A DNA stretch of 64,000 nt from Rebecca billardiae RCC1528. Taxonomy: Eukaryota > Protista > Haptophyta. The stretch covers positions 496,001-560,000 of the forward strand of contig OZ251228.1 of the NCBI GenBank assembly GCA_965240325.2, given 5' to 3'. Under the pieces are notes generated by a model. That model saw only the letters and a program-made list of their open reading frames with translations, was not told the DNA's origin and did not search any database. The position numbers were made by a program, and so were the translations under genes. Positions 45,829 to 56,154 of this stretch are shown in pieces (position 1 is the first letter of the stretch; each line of letters opens with the position of its first letter).

Positions 45829-47676
45829 ATGGCTGCAAGCAAGCTGGTGATGTTCTTTGCCCTCGTCCGCGGCATCGCGTGCGAGGACACGCCGCCCACG
45901 CTTGCACGCCCACGCGTGGCGGTGAGCGAGCTCTTCCGCAACATGTTCTCGCCAGTCACTACAAGGAAGGGAGGGAGACGCGCTGATTTCTGCGTCGCTG
46001 ACCGCTCCAAGGCACCGTGGCTCGTGCAGATGGCCTCCCTCGCCGGTGAAGGGGACGCTGCGCCACCTACGCTGCTGCCGCCAATGAGCGTGCTCAATGC
46101 CACCATTCTCTCCCCCGACTACCTCTTCAACTCGTCTCTCGTGTCGTGCGCCAGTGACGAGCTGCTTGGAGACGGTGTCGTGGCCGGCACGGTGCCCGCT
46201 GACTTCTGCGTCCACCACAGCGGGCCCAACAGACCCGGGCTGTTCGGCGCCTATTACGACCAGGTGGCGCACGAGCGGTACGTGCTGTCGAGGGTGCTGC
46301 GCCGCGCGGGCACCATCATCTGCGGCGACGGCGCGCGCAGCACAGACGAGTTGAAGAGCCGGGCCCGATCAGCGCGCTGGTGTGAGGCAGACGTTGTGTA
46401 CGTGCCCTCGCTGCGGCTGCACTGGTTCCTCCTGAACAACGACATGGTCGTGTCGAATATGAGGAAATACTGCCTGACGCGTTCCTTGGTTCACGCCTAC
46501 TGGAAGGCCGTGGGCGCACTGTTCTCGCCGAAGCAGGAGGAGAGTGCGGTGCACGCGCATGCGCGGCCTCTCACGCCCGTGGTGGTGGTCGTCGAGCCGC
46601 GCTCGTTTGATCCTATCGACATGGGCTGGAGCATCGAAGCCCTGGGGAAGCAGCCGCCAGGATTCTTGGACCGGCTCGTCCTCGGCATGCAGATGAGCTC
46701 GCGCCCTACCGAGCACATTCAACAGCTGTGCGGACGCAGGAGCGCGTGCAGCTGGCGGGACGGCGCCGAGGAGGAGCTGAGGCGGAGGGAGCAGCTCATC
46801 GCAGAGGCGGAGGCTCGCCGCTCGAGGCTCGAAAGCTTCGGCGGCGGCCCCCTGCTCGTGACGCTGCCACGCACCGTGGGCATGGACCACGCCGTCGATT
46901 GGACCGCGCAGCAGGGCGACGGGCGAGGGATCGCCGTGCTGTACGACGCCAACTCTGCCAGGAGCGGCAGGGACACCTTCAAGAGCATGCAGACGGTGCG
47001 CCCGCATGTGCACCGCGCCATGATGGCCCACACGAAGCGGGGCGCCTGCAGCCAGAAGACCATGAAGGCGCTGTGCAAACCTGGGAGCATACGCACCTGC
47101 AGCAGCGATTGCACTGGCAAACCGTACCAAGCGCTGGTCCACGCTGAGGTGGTGATCGAGCCGCCCGGGGACGAGAAGGGCCGCTCGCACGCGTATGCAG
47201 CCATGCTCTCCGGCTGCATCGTCGCATTCATCGAGGATGGCCATCGATCCTTTGTCGAAGGCGAGCCCGCCTGGTGGGCCTGGCGGGCACCGCGGCCATT
47301 GGCAGGCACCGATGCCACGTCCACCGTCTCCGCAAGCAGCACGGCTGCCACTGCCCCCGGAAGCACCATCACGATTGGCGAGGGTGGCACACTTGTGCTG
47401 CAGTACGAGCACTTCAGCACATTCGTGCCCGCGAGGCAGATCGAGCAGCCGGTGGCTGGCAAGAGGCTGTGGCTGGACGCCCTGTACGAGCTGAGCCTCA
47501 ACACGACTCGGCTAGCACGGATGCGTGCCGAGCTGCAGCGTGTGCTCCCATACTTCGTCTACCAGCGAGACGACTGCCGCGTGGGCGGACATCATCATGG
47601 CGTCATATGCGATGCGGTGTCTGCCTTTGACGCTGTGATTGCGCGAGCATGGCGGGCAAGCCAACGACTCGGCTGA
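45829..47676 (+). CDS. Exostosin/GT47-like glycosyltransferase, copy 1 (615 aa)
   Basis: Signal peptide MAASKLVMFFALVRGIAC; EADVVYVPS; EPPGDEKGRSHAYAAMLSGCIVAFI resembles GT47 PxGD..R...A...GCIPV; LARMRAEL...YFVY. Confidence 0.65.
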   Translation: MAASKLVMFFALVRGIACEDTPPTLARPRVAVSELFRNMFSPVTTRKGGRRADFCVADRSKAPWLVQMASLAGEGDAAPPTLLPPMSVLNATILSPDYLFNSSLVSCASDELLGDGVVAGTVPADFCVHHSGPNRPGLFGAYYDQVAHERYVLSRVLRRAGTIICGDGARSTDELKSRARSARWCEADVVYVPSLRLHWFLLNNDMVVSNMRKYCLTRSLVHAYWKAVGALFSPKQEESAVHAHARPLTPVVVVVEPRSFDPIDMGWSIEALGKQPPGFLDRLVLGMQMSSRPTEHIQQLCGRRSACSWRDGAEEELRRREQLIAEAEARRSRLESFGGGPLLVTLPRTVGMDHAVDWTAQQGDGRGIAVLYDANSARSGRDTFKSMQTVRPHVHRAMMAHTKRGACSQKTMKALCKPGSIRTCSSDCTGKPYQALVHAEVVIEPPGDEKGRSHAYAAMLSGCIVAFIEDGHRSFVEGEPAWWAWRAPRPLAGTDATSTVSASSTAATAPGSTITIGEGGTLVLQYEHFSTFVPARQIEQPVAGKRLWLDALYELSLNTTRLARMRAELQRVLPYFVYQRDDCRVGGHHHGVICDAVSAFDAVIARAWRASQRLG

Positions 47677-47731
47677 GGAAAGTTAACTATTATAAGTATC
47701 TAGTGGGGCGGCCTATTACTATGTACATCAT

Positions 47732-50064
47732 GGCCCGCGGTGCAGGGCGGAGCGCGCAGCGTGGAGCCCGCACCAGCGGGCCCGAACCACGTTTCAAAAA
47801 GATCTTTGATCAAAGAAAAAAGGGACGGGGGACGATTTTCAGGGCTGGAGGAGACCGAGTTTCGAATTTTGAGACTCCCTCCAACCGGTCCAGACCTCGG
47901 GATTTGCCAGCCCAAACCCAAAACTCTCCTCAGGAGAGTTTCCGGGTGGAAATCTGTGCGCCGCGCTCCCGGACTCAGCTGAACGCCGCCGCCGCCGCCA
48001 CCTCGCTCGCGCCTACCGCCGCCAGGGCGAGGCCGCGCGATGTCCAGTAGAGCTTCCGATGGGACGCAGCGGGGCGGTAGCGAGGCGGTGAACTACTGTA
48101 GCTTGCGCGTGGCGCAGCGCTTCGCGCCCTCGCACCTCGAAGGTCAGCTTGAGGCCCGCGCGAGCACGAGCTTGCGCCGCCGCCGCATTCAGCCAGAGAC
48201 ATGGGCGCCTTGCCTGCCGAGGCATCAGAGAGGCACGCACGCGCGGGAAGCCGCTGGGCACCATGGCGCGCGCCTACGACTGTACTGTAACATGGCTCAC
48301 ACCTTTCTGGGATGCGCGCCTCGGGTTGCTCTCAGCGCGCGCATACTTTGCGGGGATGACAGCACGGCTGAAGTGAGAGGCGGCGCACACGTCCGTGCGG
48401 GCTCAAGGCGCGGAGAAGATGGGCAGTCGCGAGTCGCCCGGCGCAGGGCGGCGCAGAAAGGCTCTATGCCTCTGCCCGACGGCGTGCGCCATCGCCGCGT
48501 GCACGTCTACGACCACGGCGGCGCGGCAGCCGGCGGCGCCTCGCGGCGGATGGCTGTGGCGGCGCACGCGGCGCACGCGGCGGGTTTTGAATTTCCGAGT
48601 TTCCCAAATCCTGAGGTCTGGACCGGTTGGCAGGTGCATCCTCGTCGAAAAAGGGCGCGTCCGCCGTCTTGAATAGTGAACAGAGGAATCAACGAAACCC
48701 GCGCCCAAGTGTGCGAGGCAGGGTAATTGTGGGTAGACTCTCCTTAATGTAGTGTGACCATAGTAAAATAATATGGCCTCGCCGCTGCAAGATGCCAAGA
48801 ACGACCGTTGACATAATCGTCCAACCAACTCCAATAGTGCGAGAGATTGAAAATACCCGCCGCAGCTATCCGTATAGTCGGAGCCGGAGGGGGCGCGGCG
48901 CGCGGCGTGTGCGGCCCGCGTTTGTACGCCGCGGCTGCGGCGACAGCGGAGCTCAGTCAGGAGGCGCCAGCCACGAGCGACCGCCGACGGGTGAGGACGG
49001 CGATGGGCAGGTGCGCGCGGCGAATGGCGCCTGGAGCGCGCGGCTGCGGCGGGTCCCGACTGCCGTCGACATCGCGTTCGTCGTGCCCCCGCTCACTCCG
49101 CGCGCCCCCGCCGCCCCTGCCGCCCTGTCGATGCCTCGGCGCGGCCTTGCGCGGCCCCGGCGCGTCCGCGAGCCGGCGCCGCAGCCGCCGCCCTGTGTTC
49201 GGGCTCTCGCAAGCTCGGGGGCAGCGGCGCCTGATGCCGGACTGATCGATCTCTGAGCCTTCGACTTCACCACGCGCCGCCCTTGCCATGCCTTTCCGGG
49301 GTCTCCCAGAACTCTTCTTGATTGAGAGAGAGCAGGCGCGCCGACGATCCGACGGTCCATCGTCGGTCGACTCTGAGCGAGGGCTACGCCTCGGAACTGA
49401 ACGGTACTCTACGAGGAGGACGAGCTGCGCGGGCGACGGTGGTGCGTGACGTCCCCAGAGCTGGCCGTGCCTCTGCAACGCGTGCCGAGCCTGATCGAGG
49501 TGTGTCAGCTGCCCGTGCACGCGCGGCGAGTGCGCAAACCGGATCACCGGTGCCCTCGCACCTCGGCACCGTGCTCCCTCGGGCTGTCAGCTCCGCGTGG
49601 CCTGGCGTGCACGTAGAGTTGCGCTCATGCGTCGATCACGCCTCGCGCCCGCCTGTCGGCCGTCGCGCAGGCGCTGGTCGAACCCTACTCGGACCAGTGC
49701 ATCATCCCGGGCGCTGCCGGCGCGGGGGGTGACCCCGGGGACAGCGGTCAGCAGCAGCGGCCCGAACGAATCCGCGGCCCCGCACCGTGCTCCCTGGCTG
49801 TCAGCTCCGCGTGGCCTGGTGTGCACGTGGAGTCGCGCTCATGCGTCGATCACGCCTCGTCGCATCCGCCTGTACACAATCGGCGCCGCGCCGGCGGCTG
49901 CAATGGGCCCGCCCGGCGCGGCCGGGGCGGCGGCGCGCCGCTGGAGTCTAGTTGTACGGGCATATGCAACTGGTCTGTCAATAGACGACTGCGACGGAGG
50001 GTGCACCGCCACCGCGGGCCCTGAACTACGTTCGTTCTACGGAAAAGGACCGCGGAACGCGGTC
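47732..50064. mobile_element. Probable non-autonomous element/relic between the GT47 copies
   Basis: Left end matches reverse complement of 35575-35640; 26-bp inverted repeat 47881-47906/48605-48630; ~80-bp direct repeat 49567-49646/49783-49860; terminal hairpin 50048-50064 next to an AT tract. Confidence 0.45.
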
Positions 50065-50355
50065 ATATGAATTATTATATATTATTATGATTGCGCGCTG
50101 ATCGTAGGCGCGGCAAAGTCGACGAGGAGCGAGCTGCGGCGCGCAGTGCGGAGCATGGTCGTGTTCCGATGCCACGCAAGCAACGCGCCGCCTTCGCACG
50201 GCAACTCGACGGCCGCAGCGCGCCGCGCCGCGCGCGCGCCAAGCGCCCATCGACGCCAGCGCGCCTTCGCGCCAAGCGCGTTTTCATTTTCCGCGCTTTG
50301 TTTTCGCGCGTGAGTTTTTATTGGCGCATGACCCGCGCGGGGAACGCCCCTGGCG

Positions 50356-52203
50356 ATGGCTGCAAGCAAGCTGGTGATGTTCTTTGCCCTCGTCCGCGGC
50401 ATCGCGTGCGAGGACACGCCGCCCACGCTTGCACGCCCACGCGTGGCGGTGAGCGAGCTCTTCCGCAACATGTTCTCGCCAGTCACTACAAGGAAGGGAG
50501 GGAGAGACGCTGATTTCTGCGTCGCTGACCGCTCCAAGGCACCGTGGCTCGTGCAGATGGCCTCCCTCGCCGGTGAAGGGGACGCTGCGCCACCTACGCT
50601 GCTGCCGCCAATGAGCGTGCTCAATGCCACCATTCTCTCCCCCGACTACCTCTTCAACTCGTCTCTCGTCTCGTGCGCCAGTGACGAGCTGCTTGGAGAC
50701 GGTGTCGTGGCCGGCACGGTGCCCGCTGACTTCTGCGTCCACCACAGCGGGCCCAACAGACCCGGGCTGTTCGGCGCCTATTACGACCAGGTGGCGCACG
50801 AGCGGTACGTGCTGTCGAGGGTGCTGCGCCGCGCGGGCACCATCATCTGCGGCGACGGCGCGCGCAGCACAGACGAGTTGAAGAGCCGGGCCCGATCAGC
50901 GCGCTGGTGTGAGGCAGACGTTGTGTACGTGCCCTCGCTGCGGCTGCACTGGTTCCTCCTGAACAACGACATGGTCGTGTCGAATATGAGGAAATACTGC
51001 CTGACGCGTTCCTTGGTTCACGCCTACTGGGAGGCCGTGGGCGCACTGTTCTCGCCGAAGCAGGAGGAGAGTGCGGTGCACGCGCATGCGCGGCCTCTCA
51101 CGCCCGTGGTGGTGGTCGTCGAGCCGCGCTCGTTTGATCCTATCGACATGGGCTGGAGCATCGAAGCCCTGGGGAAGCAGCCGCCAGGATTCTTGGACCG
51201 GCTCGTCCTCGGCATGCAGATGAGCTCGCGCCCTACCGAGCACATTCAACAGCTGTGCGGACGCAGGAGCGCGTGCAGCTGGCGGGACGGCGCCGAGGAG
51301 GAGCTGAGGCGGAGGGAGCAGCTCATCGCAGAGGCGGAGGCTCGCCGCTCGAGGCTCGAAAGCTTCGGCGGCGGCCCCCTGCTCGTGACGCTGCCACGCA
51401 CCGTGGGCATGGACCACGCCGTCGATTGGACCGCGCAGCAGGGCGACGGGCGAGGGATCGCCGTGCTGTACGACGCCAACTCTGCCAGGAGCGGCAGGGA
51501 CACCTTCAAGAGCATGCAGACGGTGCGCCCGCATGTGCACCGCGCCATGATGGCCCACACGAAGCGGGGCGCCTGCAGCCAGAAGACCATGAAGGCGCTG
51601 TGCAAACCTGGGAGCATACGCACCTGCAGCAGCGATTGCACTGGCAAACCGTACCAAGCGCTGGTCCACGCGGAGGTGGTGATCGAGCCGCCCGGGGACG
51701 AGAAGGGCCGCTCGCACGCGTATGCAGCCATGCTCTCCGGCTGCATCGTCGCATTCATCGAGGATGGCCATCGATCCTTTGTCGAAGGCGAGCCCGCCTG
51801 GTGGGCCTGGCGGGCACCGCGGCCATTGGCAGGCACCGATGCCACGTCCACCGTCTCCGCAAGCAGCACGGCTGCCACTGCCCCCGGAAGCACCATCACG
51901 ATTGGCGAGGGTGGCACACTTGTGCTGCAGTACGAGCACTTCAGCACATTCGTGCCCGCGAGGCAGATCGAGCAGCCGGTGGCTGGCAAGAGGCTGTGGC
52001 TGGACGCCCTGTACGAGCTGAGCCTCAACACGACTCGGCTAGCACGGATGCGTGCCGAGCTGCAGCGTGTGCTCCCATACTTCGTCTACCAGCGAGACGA
52101 CTGCCGCGTGGGCGGACATCATCATGGCGTCATATGCGATGCGGTGTCTGCCTTTGACGCTGTGATTGCGCGAGCATGGCGGGCAAGCCAACGACTCGGC
52201 TGA
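50356..52203 (+). CDS. Exostosin/GT47-like glycosyltransferase, copy 2 (615 aa)
   Basis: Near-identical to 45829-47676; two amino-acid differences seen (R/D, K/E). Confidence 0.65.
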   Translation: MAASKLVMFFALVRGIACEDTPPTLARPRVAVSELFRNMFSPVTTRKGGRDADFCVADRSKAPWLVQMASLAGEGDAAPPTLLPPMSVLNATILSPDYLFNSSLVSCASDELLGDGVVAGTVPADFCVHHSGPNRPGLFGAYYDQVAHERYVLSRVLRRAGTIICGDGARSTDELKSRARSARWCEADVVYVPSLRLHWFLLNNDMVVSNMRKYCLTRSLVHAYWEAVGALFSPKQEESAVHAHARPLTPVVVVVEPRSFDPIDMGWSIEALGKQPPGFLDRLVLGMQMSSRPTEHIQQLCGRRSACSWRDGAEEELRRREQLIAEAEARRSRLESFGGGPLLVTLPRTVGMDHAVDWTAQQGDGRGIAVLYDANSARSGRDTFKSMQTVRPHVHRAMMAHTKRGACSQKTMKALCKPGSIRTCSSDCTGKPYQALVHAEVVIEPPGDEKGRSHAYAAMLSGCIVAFIEDGHRSFVEGEPAWWAWRAPRPLAGTDATSTVSASSTAATAPGSTITIGEGGTLVLQYEHFSTFVPARQIEQPVAGKRLWLDALYELSLNTTRLARMRAELQRVLPYFVYQRDDCRVGGHHHGVICDAVSAFDAVIARAWRASQRLG

Positions 52204-52260
52204 GGAAAGTTAACTATTATAAGTATAGTGGGGCGGCCTGTATTACTATGTACATCATAT

Positions 52261-54518
52261 GTGGGGTTATTGGTACAATAACTGATTGTCTAAGAGGACG
52301 ACAAGAACGCCGGGCGCCAGCGCCGCTCATCAGCCACATCGCCCTCTACCAGACCATCGCCTCAAAGGGCGCTGCTCCCGGACAAACAGTCTGTCCGGGT
52401 TGTTCTGCCGCCCAGGAGATCGATTTCCGGCGCCGGCCTCTGCCGCCTGCTTCGCCAGGCGCGGCGTGCGAGATGGCTCCAGCCAAGCTCGTCCTGCGTC
52501 GCCGGCGGCGGCGGCTCGCACGCGGGTGGCGCGTCGCGTGCACCGACCAACATCTTTCGGCAACCCGCCCACCCAGGGCCCGTTGGTCTGGTGCTCGGGC
52601 GGCGGGATCACAACACCCGCCGTCCGACCGCCCGGTCTTGCGGCGCTGCACTTAGGGCTCATGTGACCCCCTGCCTCCCAACACGATTGGGTTTTTCAGG
52701 TTAGGTCCCCAGCAGTGCTGCTCCCGGGCGGTCAGGTGGAGGTTCAGTCGACGAGTCCGCAGGCGCTCAGCCTTCCGTCAGCGGACGTCCGCGCGGGATC
52801 ACTCACGCACCGCGTCTCGTCGACGGCGAGCGGCATGCCCACCGCATCTGCTGCCGCTCGCCAACCGCCTGCTTCGCCAGGCGCGGCGTGCGAGATGGCT
52901 CCAGCCAAGCTCGTCCTGCGTCGCCGGCGGCGGCGGCTCGCACGCGGGTGGCGCGTCGCGTGCACCGACCAACATCTTTCGGCAACTCGGCGGTAAGCAA
53001 CGCTCCGCATCGCGCCCCCTCGCGCTTCGGGCCACCGCCTCTTCTCTCTCTGTGTGCGTGCGCACCCTGTGGCTCTTCCGCACCCGCCCCGATCGCACCG
53101 TTCCCTCTTCGCCACATGCCTCCTCCTCCGTGGGTGCGCCCCCACGCGGATCGCTGCTCCATCTCTCCCGCCCTGCCTCGGGATCGCCCCGGTGCCAACG
53201 CCAGCCGGCTCCTACACAAGGACCGCTGGCGGCACACCGCGCGCCGGGCCCCGTGCGCACCCGCGGGCCATTCACAGCATCCGCAAAGGCCGTCTAGCCT
53301 TCTCCTGCTTCCGCAGCGCCGCGCCTCGGGGCCGGCTGCCTGCTATCTCTCCTATTCGGGTTCCGTCTCACTCGCACTGCCCCACCTGCCCAGCCCCCGC
53401 TGGCCGGCCCTCGTGCGTGCGCGACTCACACGTGCCTTGCCCCCTTTCCTTCCCATCACTCGATGGGATTCTCCTCCACGCGGTGCTCCCCAACACACCA
53501 TGAAACGGGATCACTCACGCACCGCGTCTCGTCGACGGCGAGCGGCATGCCCACCGCATCTGCTGCCGCTCGCCAAGGCATGAGGACACGTAAATCCCAC
53601 TGAGTAGGAACACACGCAGCCGCCTCGGCATCGACATGCCAGGCGGCGTGCCCACCTTCGGCCAGCAGTTGGCGTCGGCGTTCACGAGGACGGCTAGACG
53701 TGGGGTTATTGGTACAATAACTGATTGTCTAAGAGGACGACAAGAACGCCGGGCGCCAGCGCCGCTCATCAGCCACATCGCCCTCTACCAGACCATCGCC
53801 TCAAAGGGCGCTGCTCCCGGACAAACAGTCTGTCCGGGTTGTTCTGCCGCCCAGGAGATCGATTTCCGGCGCCGGCCTCTGCCGCCTGCTTCGCCAGGCG
53901 CGGCGTGCGAGATGGCTCCAGCCAAGCTCGTCCTGCGTCGCCGGCGGCGGCGGCTCGCACGCGGGTGGCGCGTCGCGTGCACCGACCAACATCTTTCGGC
54001 AACCCGCCCACCCAGGGCCCGTTGGTCTGGTGCTCGGGCGGCGGGATCACAACACCCGCCGTCCGACCGCCCGGTCTTGCGGCGCTGCACTTAGGGCTCA
54101 TGTGACCCCCTGCCTCCCAACACGATTGGGTTTTTCAGGTTAGGTCCCCAGCAGTGCTGCTCCCGGGCGGTCAGGTGGAGGTTCAGTCGACGAGTCCGCA
54201 GGCGCTCAGCCTTCCGTCAGCGGACGTCCGCGCGGGATCACTCACGCACCGCGTCTCGTCGACGGCGAGCGGCATGCCCACCGCATCTGCTGCCGCTCGC
54301 CAAGGCATGAGGACACGTAAATCCCGGATCACTCACGCACCGCGTCTCGTCGACGGCGAGCGGCATGCCCACCGCATCTGCTGCCGCTCGCCAAGGCATG
54401 AGGACACGTAAATCCCACTGAGTAGGAACACACGCAGCCGCCTCGGCATCGACATGCCAGGCGGCGTGCCCACCTTCGGCCAGCAGTTGGCGTCGGCGTT
54501 CACGAGGACGGCTAGACG
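52261..54518 (+). repeat. Head-to-tail array of a ~727-nt highly structured non-coding unit with internal rearrangements
   Basis: 52261-52864 = 53700-54303; 53576-53700 = 54394-54518; extra 712-nt insert in copy 1 and 91-nt duplication in copy 2. Confidence 0.9.
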
Positions 54519-55074
54519 AATTATTATTATGATCGGCTACGCCGATCTTCGGGTAGTGCACAACGAAGTTGAGGGCGCACGGCCCTAGTGGCTAGTCACC
54601 ATCACGCAGCTTGTGAGCACTGAGCAGTGAGCAGCAGCCGCGGCTTGTGACGACACGGTCGGACGGTCGGTCGGACGGTGCCGGTGCGGCGGGGGCAGCG
54701 GCGGCGCGACGGCGTCGGCGGTGGCGCGCTCGCACAGCGTCTGCAGCACGTAAGCGCAGCGTGACTGCGTGTTCAGCAGCGCGCCGCTCAGCTCCCGCCG
54801 CTCCACGCCGCCGCAGCGGTGCGCGCGGCGCGCGCCCGCCTCGGGCCGCGGCCGCGCCCGCCACCGTCCGTCGCGCCGCCGCCAGCTGCTGCGCCGTCGG
54901 TGACGGCGGCGGGTCGAGTGCGGAGAGGAGGTGGATGAGCCAGTGCAGCCCGGCCTGCGTGACGTCCAGGTCCACCACCGTGTCCTCCTTCGCCACCGCC
55001 ATCTCCTCAGCCCGCCCCGCCCCCCAGCGGCGGTCCCACCACCCAGGCGGCGACCGGCCCGGCCCGCGCCGCAG

Positions 55075-55815
55075 GCACCCGCGCGCCGCCGCCGTCGCCG
55101 TCGCCGTCGTCGCCGCCGCCGCCGTCGGCGGCGGCGATCGCGGCGGCGAGCGGCGATCGCGGCAGCCCGTCGGGCGGCGGCGGCGGCGCGCCGCCGCCCT
55201 CCGCTCCGCCCTCCGCTCCGCCCTCCGACGCCGCCCTCACCGACGCCGCCCTCCGACGCCGCCGCCTCCGATCCGCCCCGCCGCCGCCGGCGGGCGACTG
55301 CGCTCGGATGACGAAACGGCTGCTGGGCGGCAGCGTGGGCGGCGAGGCGACGCGCTCTCCGCCGCTGACGGAGGAGTTGACGGAGGTCGTGCGCGCGAGG
55401 TCGGCGGCGGTGTGCGCGGCCGCGCTGCGCTGCCCACGCGCCGCCGCCGTCGCCGTCGCCGTCGTCGGGGCGGCAGCGTGGGCGGCGAGGCGACGCGCTC
55501 TCCGCCGCTGACGGAGGAGTTGACGGAGGTCGTGCGCGCGAGGTCGGCGGCGGTGTGCGCGGCCGCGCCGCGCCGCCCGCGCGCCGCCGCCGTCGCCGTC
55601 GCCGCCGTCGGCGGCGGCGATCGCGGCGGCGGGCGGCGATCGCGGCAGCCCGTCGGGCGGCGGCGGCGGCACGCCGCCGCCCTCCGCTCCGCCCTCCGAC
55701 GCCGCCCTCCGACGCCGCCCTCCGACGCCGCCGCCTCCGATCCGCCCCGCCGCCGCCGGCGGGCGAGCGCTCGGATGACGAACCGGCTGAGCGGCCAGCG
55801 TGGGCGGCGAGGCGA
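55075..55815. repeat. GC-rich composite direct repeats
   Basis: GGCGGCAGCGTGGGCGGCGAGGCGACGCGCTCTCCGCCGCTGACGGAGGAGTTGACGG... at ~55326 and ~55469; block ~55080-55315 recurs at ~55575-55782. Confidence 0.75.
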
Positions 55816-56154
55816 CACAGCCGACAGCGGCTAGACACGCAGTCGTGTCCTAGACACGACTGCGGAGTACACATACCCATTTTCAGAGAGCTCATATGCG
55901 ACCAGAGAGCCCATGCAGAAGTGACGGTTCGTTAAACTCGTACCATAAAACTTTACTACAAGAGGCAGAATCAAAGCCGATCGCTGCCCTTTCAAGTTGT
56001 CCAGGACACACTCGTTTTCCGAGAGAGCTGTTAATCCTCGCAGATAGAGAGAGATGTCGAATCCCACCGGCCACCCGCATTGGGCCAAGAAGGCCAACGG
56101 GCCAATCGGGCCATTTGTGACAGGTTGCACGGAGAAATGACCGCCCGCGACTGA

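Noticed and set aside
52320-52430. Hammerhead ribozyme from minus-strand CTGATGA plus GAAA
   Set aside because: GAAA is ~90 nt away, lacks the required closing pair, and stems I and III could not be formed
54592-55002. 136-aa minus-strand ORF (MAVAKEDTVVDLDV...)
   Set aside because: Only a short protein-like stretch amid repeats; cannot support a gene call
52261-55815. CRISPR array or rRNA/tRNA genes
   Set aside because: No constant repeat with unique spacers and no recognisable rRNA or cloverleaf sequence anywhere in the window
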